Origin: Lobosporangium transversale
Lineage: Eukaryota
Reading direction: 5' to 3'
Assembly (NCBI RefSeq): GCF_002105155.1
Contig: NW_019029002.1
Location: forward strand, 62,001 to 126,000
DNA length: 64,000 nt
Part shown: positions 1-13,428 of the stretch, in pieces
Numbering within the stretch: the stretch's first letter is position 1
Layout of the letters: each line of letters begins with the position of its first letter
Made by a program: the position numbers and the translations under genes
Notes under the pieces: generated by a model
The model's input: the letters and a program-made list of their open reading frames with translations, nothing else
Databases searched by the model: none
Told to the model about the DNA's origin: nothing

Positions 1-34
1 TGTTCAGGAACATAGCCATAATAATGCTCTTTAC

Positions 35-500
35 CAGTAACATATTTGAGAGAACGGAAGCGACTCATCACCAAAGCAGCAAGTGCTTGGATAGCAGTTG
101 TACTGCATGAATCATCATCATAATAGCTTTTGTGAGTGAAATCCCCAGATGTATTTGCAATAATAGTATTGCTAGATTGACCAGGGATATTGCTACCCTT
201 ATGGTAGTCTTTGCAGATGATCTTAACGATGAGTTGATCCTGGGCGGCCTGGCTAACTCCCATTACGATCGCTATCATGAAGACGAACGGCAGAAGCCAG
301 GCAATACTGGGTCTCTTGTACCAAGGCAGCAGCTGTAAAGTTGTCAGACGGGTAACCTCATCAAGTTCATCAATATGCTGTCCATCTTTATGACCGGCTC
401 TTAAGCTATGTTCCTGAGTTACGTCCGTGAGTCTTGATCCTTGGCCATTAGCCAAAAGTGGCTGCCTTTCAGATGTCGACGCATTGTCTGGTAATGTCAT
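35..500 (-). CDS. MFS-type membrane transporter, first exon (gene continues beyond the left edge)
   Basis: Manual translation from ATG 500: MTLPDNASTSERQPLL...LPWYKRPSIAWLLPFVFMIAIVMG...KIICKDY...DDSCSTTAIQALAALVMS. The acidic-dileucine ERQPLL, PWxxRPS before the first TM helix and Cys-flanked loop are typical of fungal vacuolar MFS transporters. GTAAAG donor at 34. Not in the ORF track because it is open at the edge. Confidence 0.7.
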
Positions 501-534
501 TGAAAATATAAAGTTGTAGAAGACGAAGAAAATG

Positions 535-568
<34 letters not shown>

Positions 569-2281
569 AAAAAATATACATTTAAAGCTGGTAGTTGGAA
601 GCACAATGCATCCATATTTGGAAGTGTTCATGCTCTGCTTGGCACACATGTACGACAGACAAAGTTCGGCGCATTCATTCAGAAGGTATAGTTGCTACTG
701 GTATGATGTCCACACTATGAAAGCGAATAACTCTCCTATCGTCATCGTTCCTACAGAAACAAAATACTGGAACCAATGCATGTGGCAGAAATAATCGAAA
801 AATAGGACCCATACATCAAACTAGGCATTGTTCGCGCGATCGGATCTATAATGGACAATATATCCAAAGTCTTTCTAGTTTGGTTAGGTAGAGTAATGTT
901 GTCAGTGCTGATATTGCTGCTACTGGTGTTCTCTAGTCTGTAAAAACGTTTACTATACGAAAAAAGAAAAAAGAAAAAAGTATTAGAGGGATAGCATTCT
1001 TGGTGATGATTTGTATTATCTTAGATTTGGTTCCCGCCGATAATAATTAATAATGACAAAATTGATCCTGATGATACCAACTGCCAAGCATGACAGCGTG
1101 GCAGTGTTTGTAACATCATACTGAGGAGAAAAAGAGGTGGACCAACTTTAAGAAACCTAAGACATCACCGACATGAGAGCTTTTAGCCATATGGCGTGTC
1201 TCTTCCGCATCAAACGTTTGATGAGATCTCTCCCTCATAATCGCCCAGTGAACTTTTATTGAGTCCTTTCTGGGCAAGCTTAATACGATCCAATGGAAAT
1301 CGATGTACAAACCGTCCTCACGTGGTGTCAATAAAAGGTATCATCAAAGTGAATTAATGACGGTGGTAATAGCTCGGTTATCAACGCCATGTTTGTTCCA
1401 AAAAGCTACACGAAGCTATGAACACAACGTTTGCCCACTATGCTAAGATTCACTGAATAGAGGATTAGGAAAATGAAGGCATGGCTCAATATAACATATA
1501 GTAAATGGATTTTTGGACCTATCTACGACGTCTACTACAGAAGGTTACTCGTGCTCTTTTACGTAGGAGAAGAATGAACACTAAGTCGACATCACATAGA
1601 AGTATCACCACTTCTTGCTTGACCTCCAAAATGACTCCAATGATACCATTCTGCAGCATGGCCGCCACATTACTTGGCTCGATTTCCTTCCTTGACAACC
1701 ATTTAACTGGATTTAGCGAGCGTATGGGCAATAAAATATAATACTATTCATATCTTCAATGTGCATCAATTGAACATGAACATCCCGTAGCATTTATACA
1801 AAACGTTTTTCTTCTAATCATCATCCAGGTATTAACCCAAAAGGCCAATCCACATATCAGGTATGCACTTTATAAAGCACAGGATAAGATGGAGGACGTA
1901 GAGAGGAAAGGATTTGAGTATGAACACTTTCTTTTCAGCGTAGAAATTGCCACATTGGTATATAATCCTTATCAGAACTGTACCCACACACCGGTTTTTT
2001 ATCTGAGATAATTCAATACACAAGGGCATCCAGTGACTCTTATAGAATAAATAAATCACCACATTGGGAAGTATTCAATAAAGATACATAATCAATAAAG
2101 GCCAACTGAAGTATCAAGGTAGAGGGTGTGATCTAGCCATTATTTATAAATATATTAAACAATTCAAAAAATATCCTTCTTTAGGATGCATAAAATAGAT
2201 AAAATGGAAGTATATTTACAAAATGGTATCTACTAGAATACAATTTCTGTTACTAATGATTGGAAATATAATAGGAACTCA

Positions 2282-3841
2282 TTAAAGCTTGTGAGGGGAA
2301 TTGATGATTATTGCGAAAATACAACCAGAGACCAAAGCCGCTGCCGGGAGAGTCAAGATCCAAGAGGAAGCGATGAGGCCGAGGATTTTCCAATTGATCG
2401 ACTTGACCCCCCCTCCACTGCAGAGCCCAACTGAAGTAGTAGCGCCAGTAATGCAGTGGGTGGTAGAAATAGGCAAACCAATTTTGGAACAAGTCAGGAC
2501 CGTCAAACTAGTACCCAGTGATAATGAGAAACCTCTGCTTGGTGAGACATAGCAGATGTTATTGCCAAGGGTAGCCATGACCTTATAACCGTAAGTCAAG
2601 AGACCAATATCGATGGCAACACCACCAAAAGCAAGAATCCAAACGGGGACCGGAGACTTCCCGGTGACATCAACCATGGCATGTTTCCATACGTAGTAGA
2701 TGGTGGTCAAAGGACCAATCGCGTTAGCGACGTCGTTGGAGCCATGAGCGAAGGATGAAAAGCAAGCTGTCAAGACTTGAAGTGTACAGAAGAGCTCCTC
2801 GGTCTTGCTATCATAGCGAGTTGACTTGTCGTGCATATTCTCAACATCCTCAGTCTTCGCATTAATATCCTGGTTCAAGCCATGGAAGGCCTTCTTCTTG
2901 AACCTTTGGAACATAGAGAGTGGTTTATCCTCATTGTCGAGCGCAGCAAGGCCGCTGTTCACAGTGCCGTCGCTTTCGGTGTCTTCATCGGTATTATTGG
3001 CCTTTTCCTTATCAGAAGCGATCTCTTCAAGGTTTTCAGGAGCTTTGATACGGGTCGATACGGCATAGATATAAAAACAATGGTACCAACGAAGAGGTTC
3101 TTCATTTTCCAGCTTGCGACGAAGATAAACCTTTAAGAAAAAGTTACACCACAGGAAGACAACGATGGCGACGCCGAAGGAGATGCCAATGATGGCGCCA
3201 ATAGGCAATTGAGAGAGAGAGAGGCCAGGAGAGCCTTTGAAGATGATGTAGAAGACGTTGATGAAGATAGTGATGGCAAAGTAGAAAGGAATAGCAATAA
3301 GACCCCGCTTGAGCGAATCTTGATGCTTGAGGATTAAAAATCGAGTGACGATGAAGATGATCGCAGTGACTATACCAGCGACCAAAGGGCTAATAACCCA
3401 GGAGAGTACAATTGTACCGACCCCACCCCATTTCACAGTGCTGAACCCGAAGCCAGCGATACCAGCACCAGTGATTGCACCGACAATGGCATGTGTTGTT
3501 GAGACAGGCAAGCCACGAGAGGAAGCAAAGAGGACCCACGTAGAAGAGCCGACGAGAGAGCAGACCATGGCTAACATCAATAACTCTGGTTGTTCCGCGA
3601 AGAGACTGACGTTGATCAGGCCACCTTTGATCGTGTCAGCAGTTGAGGAGCCCATGAGAAATGCCCCAAGGAACTCACAGATGGAGGCGATCAGGATAGC
3701 CTGCTTGAGATTCAAAGCACCAGCGCCGACAGCAGCACCGAAACTGTTGCTGACATCGTTCGCACCGATACCGTAACTGTCCAGGAAGGCAAAGATTAGG
3801 CCAAGAACAAAGAGAAAAGTGTAATCTCCAACTTCCATCAT
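2282..3841 (-). CDS. PHO89: PiT-family inorganic phosphate transporter (Pho89/PHO-4-like), intronless
   Basis: Both PiT signatures are present (GIGANDVSNSFG and AHGSNDVANAIGP), plus PVSTTH/PISTTH and multiple TM helices. Likely start is MMEVGDY at 3841. Confidence 0.92.
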   Translation of the reverse strand: MMEVGDYTFLFVLGLIFAFLDSYGIGANDVSNSFGAAVGAGALNLKQAILIASICEFLGAFLMGSSTADTIKGGLINVSLFAEQPELLMLAMVCSLVGSSTWVLFASSRGLPVSTTHAIVGAITGAGIAGFGFSTVKWGGVGTIVLSWVISPLVAGIVTAIIFIVTRFLILKHQDSLKRGLIAIPFYFAITIFINVFYIIFKGSPGLSLSQLPIGAIIGISFGVAIVVFLWCNFFLKVYLRRKLENEEPLRWYHCFYIYAVSTRIKAPENLEEIASDKEKANNTDEDTESDGTVNSGLAALDNEDKPLSMFQRFKKKAFHGLNQDINAKTEDVENMHDKSTRYDSKTEELFCTLQVLTACFSSFAHGSNDVANAIGPLTTIYYVWKHAMVDVTGKSPVPVWILAFGGVAIDIGLLTYGYKVMATLGNNICYVSPSRGFSLSLGTSLTVLTCSKIGLPISTTHCITGATTSVGLCSGGGVKSINWKILGLIASSWILTLPAAALVSGCIFAIIINSPHKL

Positions 3842-4645
3842 TATGAGAAATGTATTTAAGAGGAAAATAGAAGTTGATGTGATGGAGGACCAGAGGAATA
3901 AAGGACTGACTAAGAAATTGCAGTGAAGAAAATACCATGGAGGCTTCTCCCCTTTATTTATATACACATGCTCCTTATGATATAGCCCCACTGTTGATGT
4001 GCTCCATCAACCTGTTGATCGTCTCAGCAATTTTAGACTTTGTTGAGGCCCGGCGATCAAATCCAATTGTCTATAGTCAGATCGGGATTAATGTTTTATA
4101 GGGTCTTTTTACTTGAAGTATCCTATTCATCTAGCCAATAAGGTGTCAGTAAAGCAGCATGCGTTGTGATGGTTGGCACATGGACAGTCAATTTGGGATG
4201 TGATTTGTTGAATATTTCACCAATGAACATGCATTAGTTTCAAAGAAGTTTAACCGCTTGGAATTCTTGGAGCCTCGGACCATCCCCTGTCCGTCTGTCT
4301 GAGCACAGACTAGGACATGATTTTTGATAAGGACCTTCAGGGTCACGTAATTTACTCTGACTAGGAGTCTAGGACAGAGTAGCGGGTGTGAAAAACCCTT
4401 AAGGATGAAACTGATTGTTTAGGACTTTGCTAAATGTGGAATTATTACAAATCTCAGAGAAACATGCCTGGAGTGGAACAAATAAGTTTTTTTTTTTTTT
4501 TTTGTTTGAGGTAAACTTGTTTCTCAGATAACTCGTGCTTGACCGTGAAATTAATTGTTCGTCCGCATGGAGCCAGCTATATTTAAAAAGGATTGTAGTT
4601 TGTATCTCGTCATTACAACTATTTCGGACATTTCCACTATTTGCA

Positions 4646-5371
4646 ATGAAAATCTTATCTATCCTCTCTATTGCAGCCTGGACCGCTGTTACGGTTGCTC
4701 AGACTACTCAAATTGCAACTGATTCTACTCTTAATATCAACCCTGATCCTGCTACTTTTCTGCAGAGCCTGACGTCCCCAGTGAGCTTCAGCGACAACGA
4801 CGAAACCGTGGAACCTCCTAATGATATGGCTGATCCTTCAAACGAGGATGAGATCATTGATGCATCAAACTTCATTGCCTGGTCCTCGCCAGGATACAAG
4901 GGCCATAAACAAAAGCGAAGCAACTCTGAGGGATGCTACCGTCTTGATGGTGGCGCTGTCGGCAGTTTCGAGGGATCCAGCTCTAGAAAATATGGATTCT
5001 ACAGTGATGGCCATTGTAGATCGAGGATGATTTACGGCTGGAGTTCTGCTCCGGTCCATCGTATTGACCCATTGATCTATCCGCAATCCGTTAAAATCAT
5101 TCGTAGAGATGAGCCAAAACCATCAACATGTCCTGCGCCTTCAGACTATACGCTAGTAGCTTGGTCCAGAACTTCGTTCGGTGGCAGGAGGCAATTGATC
5201 CGAGGATTGGGTTGCCGACCATTGGATGGAAGCACGATCTACTCGTTCCAAGGGACATACAAGTACAAATTTTATGACTGCGAGAACTGCTACGGCGATA
5301 CGGTCCTAGAGACCAGCGGTGGAAAGAGTCGTGTTCACAGGATGAACCCCCGCTCTGTTTTTATTTATTAA
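4646..5371 (+). CDS. Secreted protein with two tandem MiAMP1/beta-gamma-crystallin-like domains
   Basis: Signal-peptide-like MKILSILSIAAWTAVTVAQ, acidic spacer, then two ~75-aa repeats (FIAWSSPGYKG...GCYRLDG...YGFY...C...PQSVKI and LVAWSRTSFGG...GCRPLDG...YKFY...C...PRSVFIY). TATA-like TATATTTAAAA near 4579. Confidence 0.75.
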   Translation: MKILSILSIAAWTAVTVAQTTQIATDSTLNINPDPATFLQSLTSPVSFSDNDETVEPPNDMADPSNEDEIIDASNFIAWSSPGYKGHKQKRSNSEGCYRLDGGAVGSFEGSSSRKYGFYSDGHCRSRMIYGWSSAPVHRIDPLIYPQSVKIIRRDEPKPSTCPAPSDYTLVAWSRTSFGGRRQLIRGLGCRPLDGSTIYSFQGTYKYKFYDCENCYGDTVLETSGGKSRVHRMNPRSVFIY

Positions 5372-5748
5372 CATTCAATACATGCAGTTTGCATCGCAAG
5401 ATGAATAATTAAAAAAACGTAGTTATTATGGATTATTTAAAAAAATGACCAAAGCACTTTTATAAAACTCCAACAATAGCAAGGCATAGCTATAGCTATA
5501 GCAAGAACAGGCAATAGCCAACGCGAGCCTGCAAAGGGCAAGGTATATCTGACTAGGCGGAGCCGATAAATAATGGATAAAAGTACGACCATTGTCCGGA
5601 AGTTGATGTTACATCGTTGCAACATTCGCGCAGCATTTAAATATATTAAGGGTTATTGTGACTATAATTCCAGAAACCTACATGGCTGTTGCGAATTCAT
5701 TTCTTTGTCATTTTCTAGAACTCATTACCACAATTTTAATAAAAAGAG

Positions 5749-7053
5749 ATGCTTGGAGGAAAGATTGAGAAGGTGTATCCGCGCCTGCAGCTCAATGACC
5801 GGGCGCAGGTTACGATGGTTGAGTCAACTCGCTTGCGTCTCTACATTCGGACAGCAGAGCACTTGTTCAAGCAGGTAAGGACTCACTACCTGAGCCTTAT
5901 TAATCTTCGATATAGGAACCTCTAATGATTAGTAATCCGTCTTCATTTTCTATCTGCTTCTTCAGGCGAGGGTTTATCAGCGGGAAGGCGACCTACAGGC
6001 ATCGTATATCCTTTACATGAAATTTTGCAAGTATGCAGCTCAGATCAGTTTACTGAAGGTTGCAGTGTTTTTTCTTTTAAAATTAACGCTGGAATACTCT
6101 TCAGTCTCGTTATCAAAGAACTTCCAAAGCACAGCGACTATTTAAACCCAATCCACAAGGCAGCTCTGGCCGAACTAATGAAAGTAAGCAAGGATGACAG
6201 ATGGGAACAAACATAATGTTGCCACGCTCGGTACCACAAATTTGGCAAGATCTATTTAATATTTATCATCTTATGTATTTGTCATTAGGATGCACAGGAA
6301 GCATTGAACGAAGTCGAAGCGCTTAGGCCAATCCTCGATAGGAAATATGCAGAGTATCAGGAGTGTATTAAACAGCGGGAAGCAATGATCCTGGCTCAGT
6401 CTCTAGAAGCACAGCGTCAACTGGCAACCCAACAACAACTTGATATTAGTAAAGCAATAGAGGAGCAGAGTGAGTTATATTGGGCAAATCATCCTATAGA
6501 TAATGAATGGTCGATTGCAAAAGCCCTTGAAGGGGTTCCTGGGACCAACTCTACACAGCCGGCAATGCAGGGCAGGAGTGAAAACCATCATCGCCATCAT
6601 CACCATCACCATCATAATACTGGAATAATAAGTGAAGTATGAGTTTATTGGATGATAATCTGCTCTAGCAAGCAAGGTGGAATATATTCTCATGGAAAGT
6701 CCATTTCAATTATAGGTTAACTACCCAGAACATCATCAATACCACAATCATTCACGGTAAATATATTTATTGCAACTCATTGTATGATCCTAAGTAGTTC
6801 AGAGAGGAATTTAATGCTAATTATTAAGGCGTGGTCAACTGTTGAATAGACTTGGAGTCTCCCCGGCTAGAGCTCAATCTCAGCAACCTGTACCTACGCC
6901 TCCGGGGCCTCCTCCTGTATTGCCAAAGAAACCTGACATGCGGAGCCACGCACCAAAGCTTCCACCCAAGATTCAGATTGAAGAAGACATTCACGGTAGC
7001 AATTGAAATAATTTATTCTGACTACTTTAAGCGGGGCTGCTAGCAGTAACTGA

Positions 7054-7088
<35 letters not shown>

Positions 7089-8106
7089 GTTGATATATTC
7101 ATTAAACGACAGAATTCTCACAGGGATTGAGAAAGCTTATAGTTCCTCTCAGACTATTGGATAGATTCTTGAATATCGTACGCCCTAATACAATCAAGAA
7201 TCTGGAGACGTGTGGGATATTGGCGGGAGTATTGGTAATTGCTGAAAACGGATATCGACATTGGATTTGATGTTTACATGAGTTTCTTTGGTTCTTTTAC
7301 TCTAACACCCAGTGTCTGGCTTCATAGTCGCGCAACAAGCTTACTGTCACGACATTAATTATCCCAAAACAAACTGCGACCTCAGATACGTGCTCCACCA
7401 CAAATGAAGATGAGCTATTTGAGTTTCAAAGTGAAAGAGACCTCATGACATTAGGTTGGATTCACGTAAGTTAGCTCTACTTTTTTTTATTTTTACTTTT
7501 TAGTCATTCTTAATTTTTAGCATGCCTATGGGAACCATGATGCTGGAGTATTCGAAGTGTTTACTGACATTGCCTTTTATGGCTTCCTAGACTCATCCAA
7601 CACAAACATGCTTCATGAGTTCAGTTGATTTACACACCCATTGCTCATACCAGCTAATGCTACCGGAGGCCATTGCCATTGTATGCGCCCCCAAGCATGA
7701 CAAAGAGTAAAGAAAGGCTTTTAAATGTGACTATCTGTTTAGCTTGCTCGTAGTTTCTTCTAACCGCCAAATATTGACCATTCGACCCTTTTTTGTTTTA
7801 CTTATTTGGCATTTCAAGTTACGGTGTATTTAGGCTAACAGATCCACCAGGGCTACAAATAATCACAAATTGCCGTCAGAAGCCTCTATTCCATCAGCAC
7901 CCCGGCGAAGACGACATTTACACGGTATTTAGCTATATCTTGCATTCTTTTATGACTATTGACTGGTTGATTGGATGTTATATTGAAGGATAAATCATTA
8001 TTTACTCTGAACCTATATATCTCTCCAACAACAGGATGCCTGCGATCAAGGCCATGTTGAACTGGTTGATTTAGATCTGGACATTGTAGACCTGCGCAAG
8101 CGATAA
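5749..8106 (+). CDS. AMSH/STAMBP-like JAMM (MPN+) deubiquitinase with N-terminal MIT/USP8-like domain; multi-exon
   Basis: Exons joined at GT-AG sites give [43 protein letters not shown] ... [10 protein letters not shown] ... [40 protein letters not shown] ... VDLRKR*, with an intact JAMM motif. Confidence 0.9.
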
Positions 8107-8413
8107 TTGTGATGTTGATTACCATTGGTAATAAAAATATTAAAAAAGAAAATAGACTGCAGTAAAGCCCTGTTGGAAAAAGTGTGGAGAAAACATTAAG
8201 CAACCGGTCACAAGTTGGTTGATTGGCAGTAATTGATTGGGGTGCGCTGAGGTTGAATAAAATGGTGAGATCGCAAGCTTGTGGGGGAAAGTGCATGCTG
8301 AGACTACTTTGAATAAGATTCCCACGCTTTCTTTCCCACCCTCTCCTTCTCTCCCCTTTCTATTCTTTATTTTCTTCTCATTCCATCTCTCATCCTCTTC
8401 ATCTGATCCAAGC

Positions 8414-10237
8414 ATGTTGTCCTACTCTGCCATGCGCCGTGTTACGGCCTTGCCCGCACTCAAGCGTGCCCTCTCCACATCAAGGCCTGCTCTCTATGCT
8501 GCACAATCCTCCATTCCTCGTACAAAGTTATTCATCAATGGTGAATTCATCGACTCAAAGACTGACAAGTGGATTGAGCTCCGCAATCCTGTGAGTTTTT
8601 ATTTTTATTTTTATTTTTTATTTTTTATTTTTTATTTTTATGTTAAACTTATTTTTGGCTGGCTGTCCGTCATGAACTTCTTGCTAACCGTTTCGCCTGT
8701 ATCCTGGGTTCCTGAATTATGCTATCCGGACATGTAGGCAACTCAAGAGATCGTTACTCTCGTTCCTGAGGCCACTCCTGAGGAGCTCAAGTACGCCGCT
8801 GATTCAGCCGCGGAGGCATTCAAGTCCTGGAAGAAAACCACAGTTCTTCACCGTCAGCGCAAGATGCTGGACCTCCAGTTACTCATCCGTGAGAACATGG
8901 ACAAGATTGCTCACTCTATCACTCTTGAGCAAGGAAAGACATTGGCAGATGCCCGTGGTGATGTTCTTCGCGGCCTTCAGGTTGTAGAAGCCGCTTGTGC
9001 CATTCCCCATATGCTCCTGGGCGACAACCTCGAGGTTGCCACTGACATGGATACCTACACTATCCGAGAACCCCTCGGTGTCGTAGCTGGTATCACTCCA
9101 TTCAACTTCCCAGCCATGATCCCTCTCTGGATGTTCCCCCTCGCGAACGTCATTGGGAACACCTGTGTCCTCAAGCCATCTGAGAAGGACCCTGGTGCCA
9201 CCATGATTCTTGCTGAGCTTGCCCAAAAGGCGGGAATACCCGCTGGTGTCCTCAATATTGTTCATGGCGCCAAGGACACTGTTAACTTTATCTGCGATAA
9301 TGAGCACATTAAAGCTATCTCTTTCGTCGGAAGTGACCAGGCTGGTCACTACATCCACGAGCGCGGCTCTCGTAACGGCAAGCGTGTCCAGGTTTGTTGA
9401 TTGACTGTTATTAACTTGTCCAAGGGAAAATTATAAACTAGCTTACCAATGGTTTTATTTGCTAATTATTTGTAGGCAAATTTGGGTGCCAAGAACCATG
9501 GAGTAATTATGCCTGATGCCAACAAGAACCACACTTTGAACCAGCTTACTGGTGCTGCCTTCGGTGCTGCCGGTCAGCGTTGTATGGCTCTCTCGACAGT
9601 CGTCTTTGTTGGTAAGGCTCGAGAGTGGCTTCCTGAACTCGTTGAGCGTGCTAAGCAGCTCAAGGTCTCGTCAGGATTTGAACCCGATGCCGATCTTGGC
9701 CCCTTGATTTCGCCTGATGCTCTCAAGAGGGTTGAGCGCCTCATCGCCTCTGGTGTCAAGGAGGGTGCAGAGCTTGTATTGGATGGACGTGGTATCAAAG
9801 TTTCAAAATACGAGAAAGGCAACTTTATTGGGCCCAGTATCTTGACCAACGTAACAACAAATATGGAGTGTTACCGTGAGGAGATCTTTGGGCCCGTTCT
9901 TGTCTGCTTGAATGCCGAGACCCTGGACGATGCCATCGATATCATCAATAAGAACCCCTATGGCAATGGAACCGCTATCTTTACTCAGAGTGGTGCTATT
10001 GCCAGGAAGTTCCAGAAGGAGGTTGATGCCGGCCAAGTCGGCATCAACGTCCCCATTCCCGTTCCTTTGCCTATGTTTTCATTCACTGGCTCTCGTGGCT
10101 CCATTCGTGGTGATGTCAACTTCTATGGCAAGTCTGGAGTCAGCTTCTACACCTCGACCAAGACTGTCACTGCTCTCTGGCGCCATGAAGATGCCGAGGA
10201 CACTCGCGCAAGTGTTAACATGCCCACCATGAAATAG
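8414..10237 (+). CDS. ALDH6A1: Methylmalonate-semialdehyde dehydrogenase (ALDH6 family), mitochondrial; 2 introns
   Basis: Arg/Ser-rich presequence; motifs [50 protein letters not shown] and GINVPIPVP. Confidence 0.95.
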
Positions 10238-11285
10238 GCGCCTCACTGGGGCTCAATTCTGAGTAATGCATTGTAATATATTATACATAAAAATAAAATC
10301 GCAAGCCCGTGACTTCTCCACTGCTTTGACTGGCTGAGGAAAACAGGACTTTTTAACACATTTGGACTGATGTGTAGGAGTTGGTTTTGAAACAGAATCC
10401 TTATCAAGCAACAACAACAGTATCAGGGAATGGATTCAGATGTCACTGCGAGATATGCTATGTTTCTACATGTACAGAAAAAAAAGACACTTTAACTGTC
10501 CGTTTTATGTACAATCAAATTTTTTATATTCGCTCCAGCCTTAAGATTTGGCCCATTTATTGACATACTTATTGACACATTGGTAGGGCATAAGCGACGT
10601 TGTAGCCAGATGCCAAAAAGCGGAACAAAAAGTGTACCGAGTTTTTTTAAGTTGGCAATATAAAAAATTGGTTGCACAGTCGTAATCACAGACTCATATC
10701 CAAGCCGCCGATGCTGTGGCAGCGAATCCTTTTTTCTCAATCCCTATTATCCCCTCGGCCCCATAAAAAAATGCCAGCATAAAGAGAAGAAGAAGGGAAT
10801 AAGTGGGGCTGGAGAGACAGCGGGCAGTAAGCCCTCTAAAAAAAAAAGTCGATAAAGCCAGAGCTTCCTGCTAATAGTCAATCGCCCAAACATTGGTTTT
10901 AAACAGCTAAACCGCAAAATGCAAGTTCCGACAATGGTAAAGTTTATCAAGTTTTATCTTATGTAGTCCGCTTCATCAGATCCCTATATTTTTTGAATAC
11001 TCTCGGGTGATTGGCGGCCAATTTGACCCGAGTCTTGTTGCAAGTCAATCACGTAGTGGGACGTCGCCAAACCAATTCGATCATTTTTGGGATCGTGATA
11101 TCAGAGATCTGTGCTGTTCGCTCTTTTTGGTTAGTCCCTTTCAATAACAAGTATTTTGTCAAGTAAACATTCATTTTTGAAAAGACATAACCAAAAAGAG
11201 CGAACAGCGATCTCTGAATATTTATTCTCTTCTTTTTTTTCTTTTTTTTTTTTTCACTCCTCTACTCACACACTTCGCAGAAACA

Positions 11286-13428
11286 ATGTTCGCACTTGCA
11301 CCAAATGCAGCCCTAACTCAGGCCTCAATCACGCTCTTAAACAAGTACTCTACCTTTACGACCTTCGCCGAAGATGGTAAAGGACCATGGGATCATATTA
11401 AAGACTCGCAAGAACAATATGACTACATCGTTTGCGGAGGTATGTGCTTAAAAGCAAGAATATAATTGCAGTTCATCTCGCTCAATTTGCCGCAACGAAG
11501 CAGATCTCTCACAATTTCTATGGTCTCTAAAAGGTGGTAGTGCCGGTTGTGTGGTGGCTAATCGTTTAGCGGAGGACCCAAAGGTCAATGTCCTTGTCCT
11601 CGAGGCTGGCTACTCGGATGACATTATCTCATCAATGACCCCCGTCACTTTAATGTACCACGTCGATACCGATAGAGACTGGTGCTTAAAAACCACTCCT
11701 CAGATCCATGCAGATGGGCGAGTTATGAAGCAGCCTCGAGGCAAGATGCTAGGTGGATCAAGTTCTATTAACGCTATGATTTACCATCGTGGTGCATCTT
11801 GCGATTACGACGAATGGGAGTCGCTAGGCAATCCCGGGTGGTCTTACAAGGAATGCCTGCCCTACTTTAAAAAGTCGGAAGGGTTTAATGACCCAGATTT
11901 GCCGCCATCCCACCCTAGGGGACCATTGACCAAAAGAATTCGCAAAGCAAAGTACGAGACCTATGAGCCAGAGTACCACGGTACAGAAGGGCCATGGCAA
12001 GTCACTTTTCATTACCTTCATGGTTCCTCTGAGAGGTTCATCGAGGTGAATATGATGGAAGGTGTGCCCCGCAACAAGGACTTCAATGGTCGGACGACGT
12101 TAGGCGTGAATAGGATTCAAACATTCATTCAGCGCGATGGTACCCGGAGTTCATTAGCTAGAGCGTTTCTCAAAGGCAAACAAATTGTTCCAGGTGGAGG
12201 TGCGAGGGGGAGAATCAGAGTGGTTTACGGTGCGAACATCAGCCGTATCCTTACCCAGGCACGGAGGGGTGTTAAAATGGCTTATGGAGTTGAGTTTTTG
12301 GACCATAAAAATGGTAAGGAGTAGAACTTGGCCGCTATTTTTTTTTTTTTTTTTTTTTTTTTTTACATGTATTCCCACTATATTTGCAAAAATAATTAAT
12401 ACGTTGCTACCATTCATAAAGTTCAACGACGTGTTCTAGCTGCGAGGGAAGTACTTCTTTGCGCAGGTGCATTTGGGTCACCACATCTACTTCTCGCCTC
12501 TGGGATTGGCCCAATTCGTCAACCCTCTATTCCTCATGTCCATACGCTCCCCGGAGTAGGCATTAACCTTGAGGATCATTTATGTGTGGAAGTTGTATTT
12601 CGAGCAAGGTCTCGTGCTCATGTCACTCATGGGGATATGAACTTTCCTCGCGTACTGTTATCGGTCCTTAATTACAAGCTCTACGGCACCGGCGTTATGA
12701 CTTGCCAAGTCGGCGAGGCTGCCAATTTCGTGAGACTGGAGGATATTGCTCCAGACTTTGTGGAGCGCGAAAAGGCCAACGGAACGTACAAGGAGCGAGC
12801 TAGTGGTCCAAACTCGCCTCATATCGAAGTTATATTTATTCCAGGTTACTTTAAAGGCCATGGAAAGGAAGTGGCAACTGACACCAAAAACTATTATACC
12901 CTGGTCGCCGTGCTGCTCCACCCTTGCTCCTCCGGCACTGTCACGATTCGGCCAAAGGAACAAACAAGCGGTTCATCAACAGCGGAATGGGAGACAGTAA
13001 TTGACCCCAATTACTGTTCGGATCCGTTTGATGTCCGTGTCCTGGCAGAGGCTATTAAGTTCATGCGTAAACTCGGTCGTCGATTAAACGAGGATCCCGA
13101 AGTTGGAGGGCGGGAAATTTATCCAGGCGAGGAAGCTGTTCCAGATCACGACGATGCCAAGCTCCAGCAATATGTGCGACAGACAAGTAATACGATCTAT
13201 CACCCCACATCCACTTGCCGTATGGGGCCTACATCGGATCCGTTGGCAGTGGTTGATAGTCGACTGAACGTACATGGTATAGAAAAGCTAAGGGTGATTG
13301 ATGCAAGTGTGATACCGAAGATACCTGGCGCCCACACCTGTGCACCAGTTGTTATGATTGCAGAGAGAGCAAGTGATTTTATCAAGGAGGACTGGCAGGA
13401 TTTAGAGGCGCATCAGAAAGAGCAATAA
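11286..13428 (+). CDS. GMC (glucose-methanol-choline) oxidoreductase; 2 introns
   Basis: YDYIVCGG|GSAGCVVANRL FAD-binding motif across intron 1, RGKMLGGSSSINAMIY, catalytic IYHPTSTC, LRVIDASVIP and AHTCAPVVMIAERASD. Confidence 0.93.

Noticed and set aside
600..2250. Short ORFs, with a fragment (ILQHGRHITWLDF) faintly like a decayed F-box/LRR-type gene
   Set aside because: No coherent frame or splice model; similarity too weak to support.
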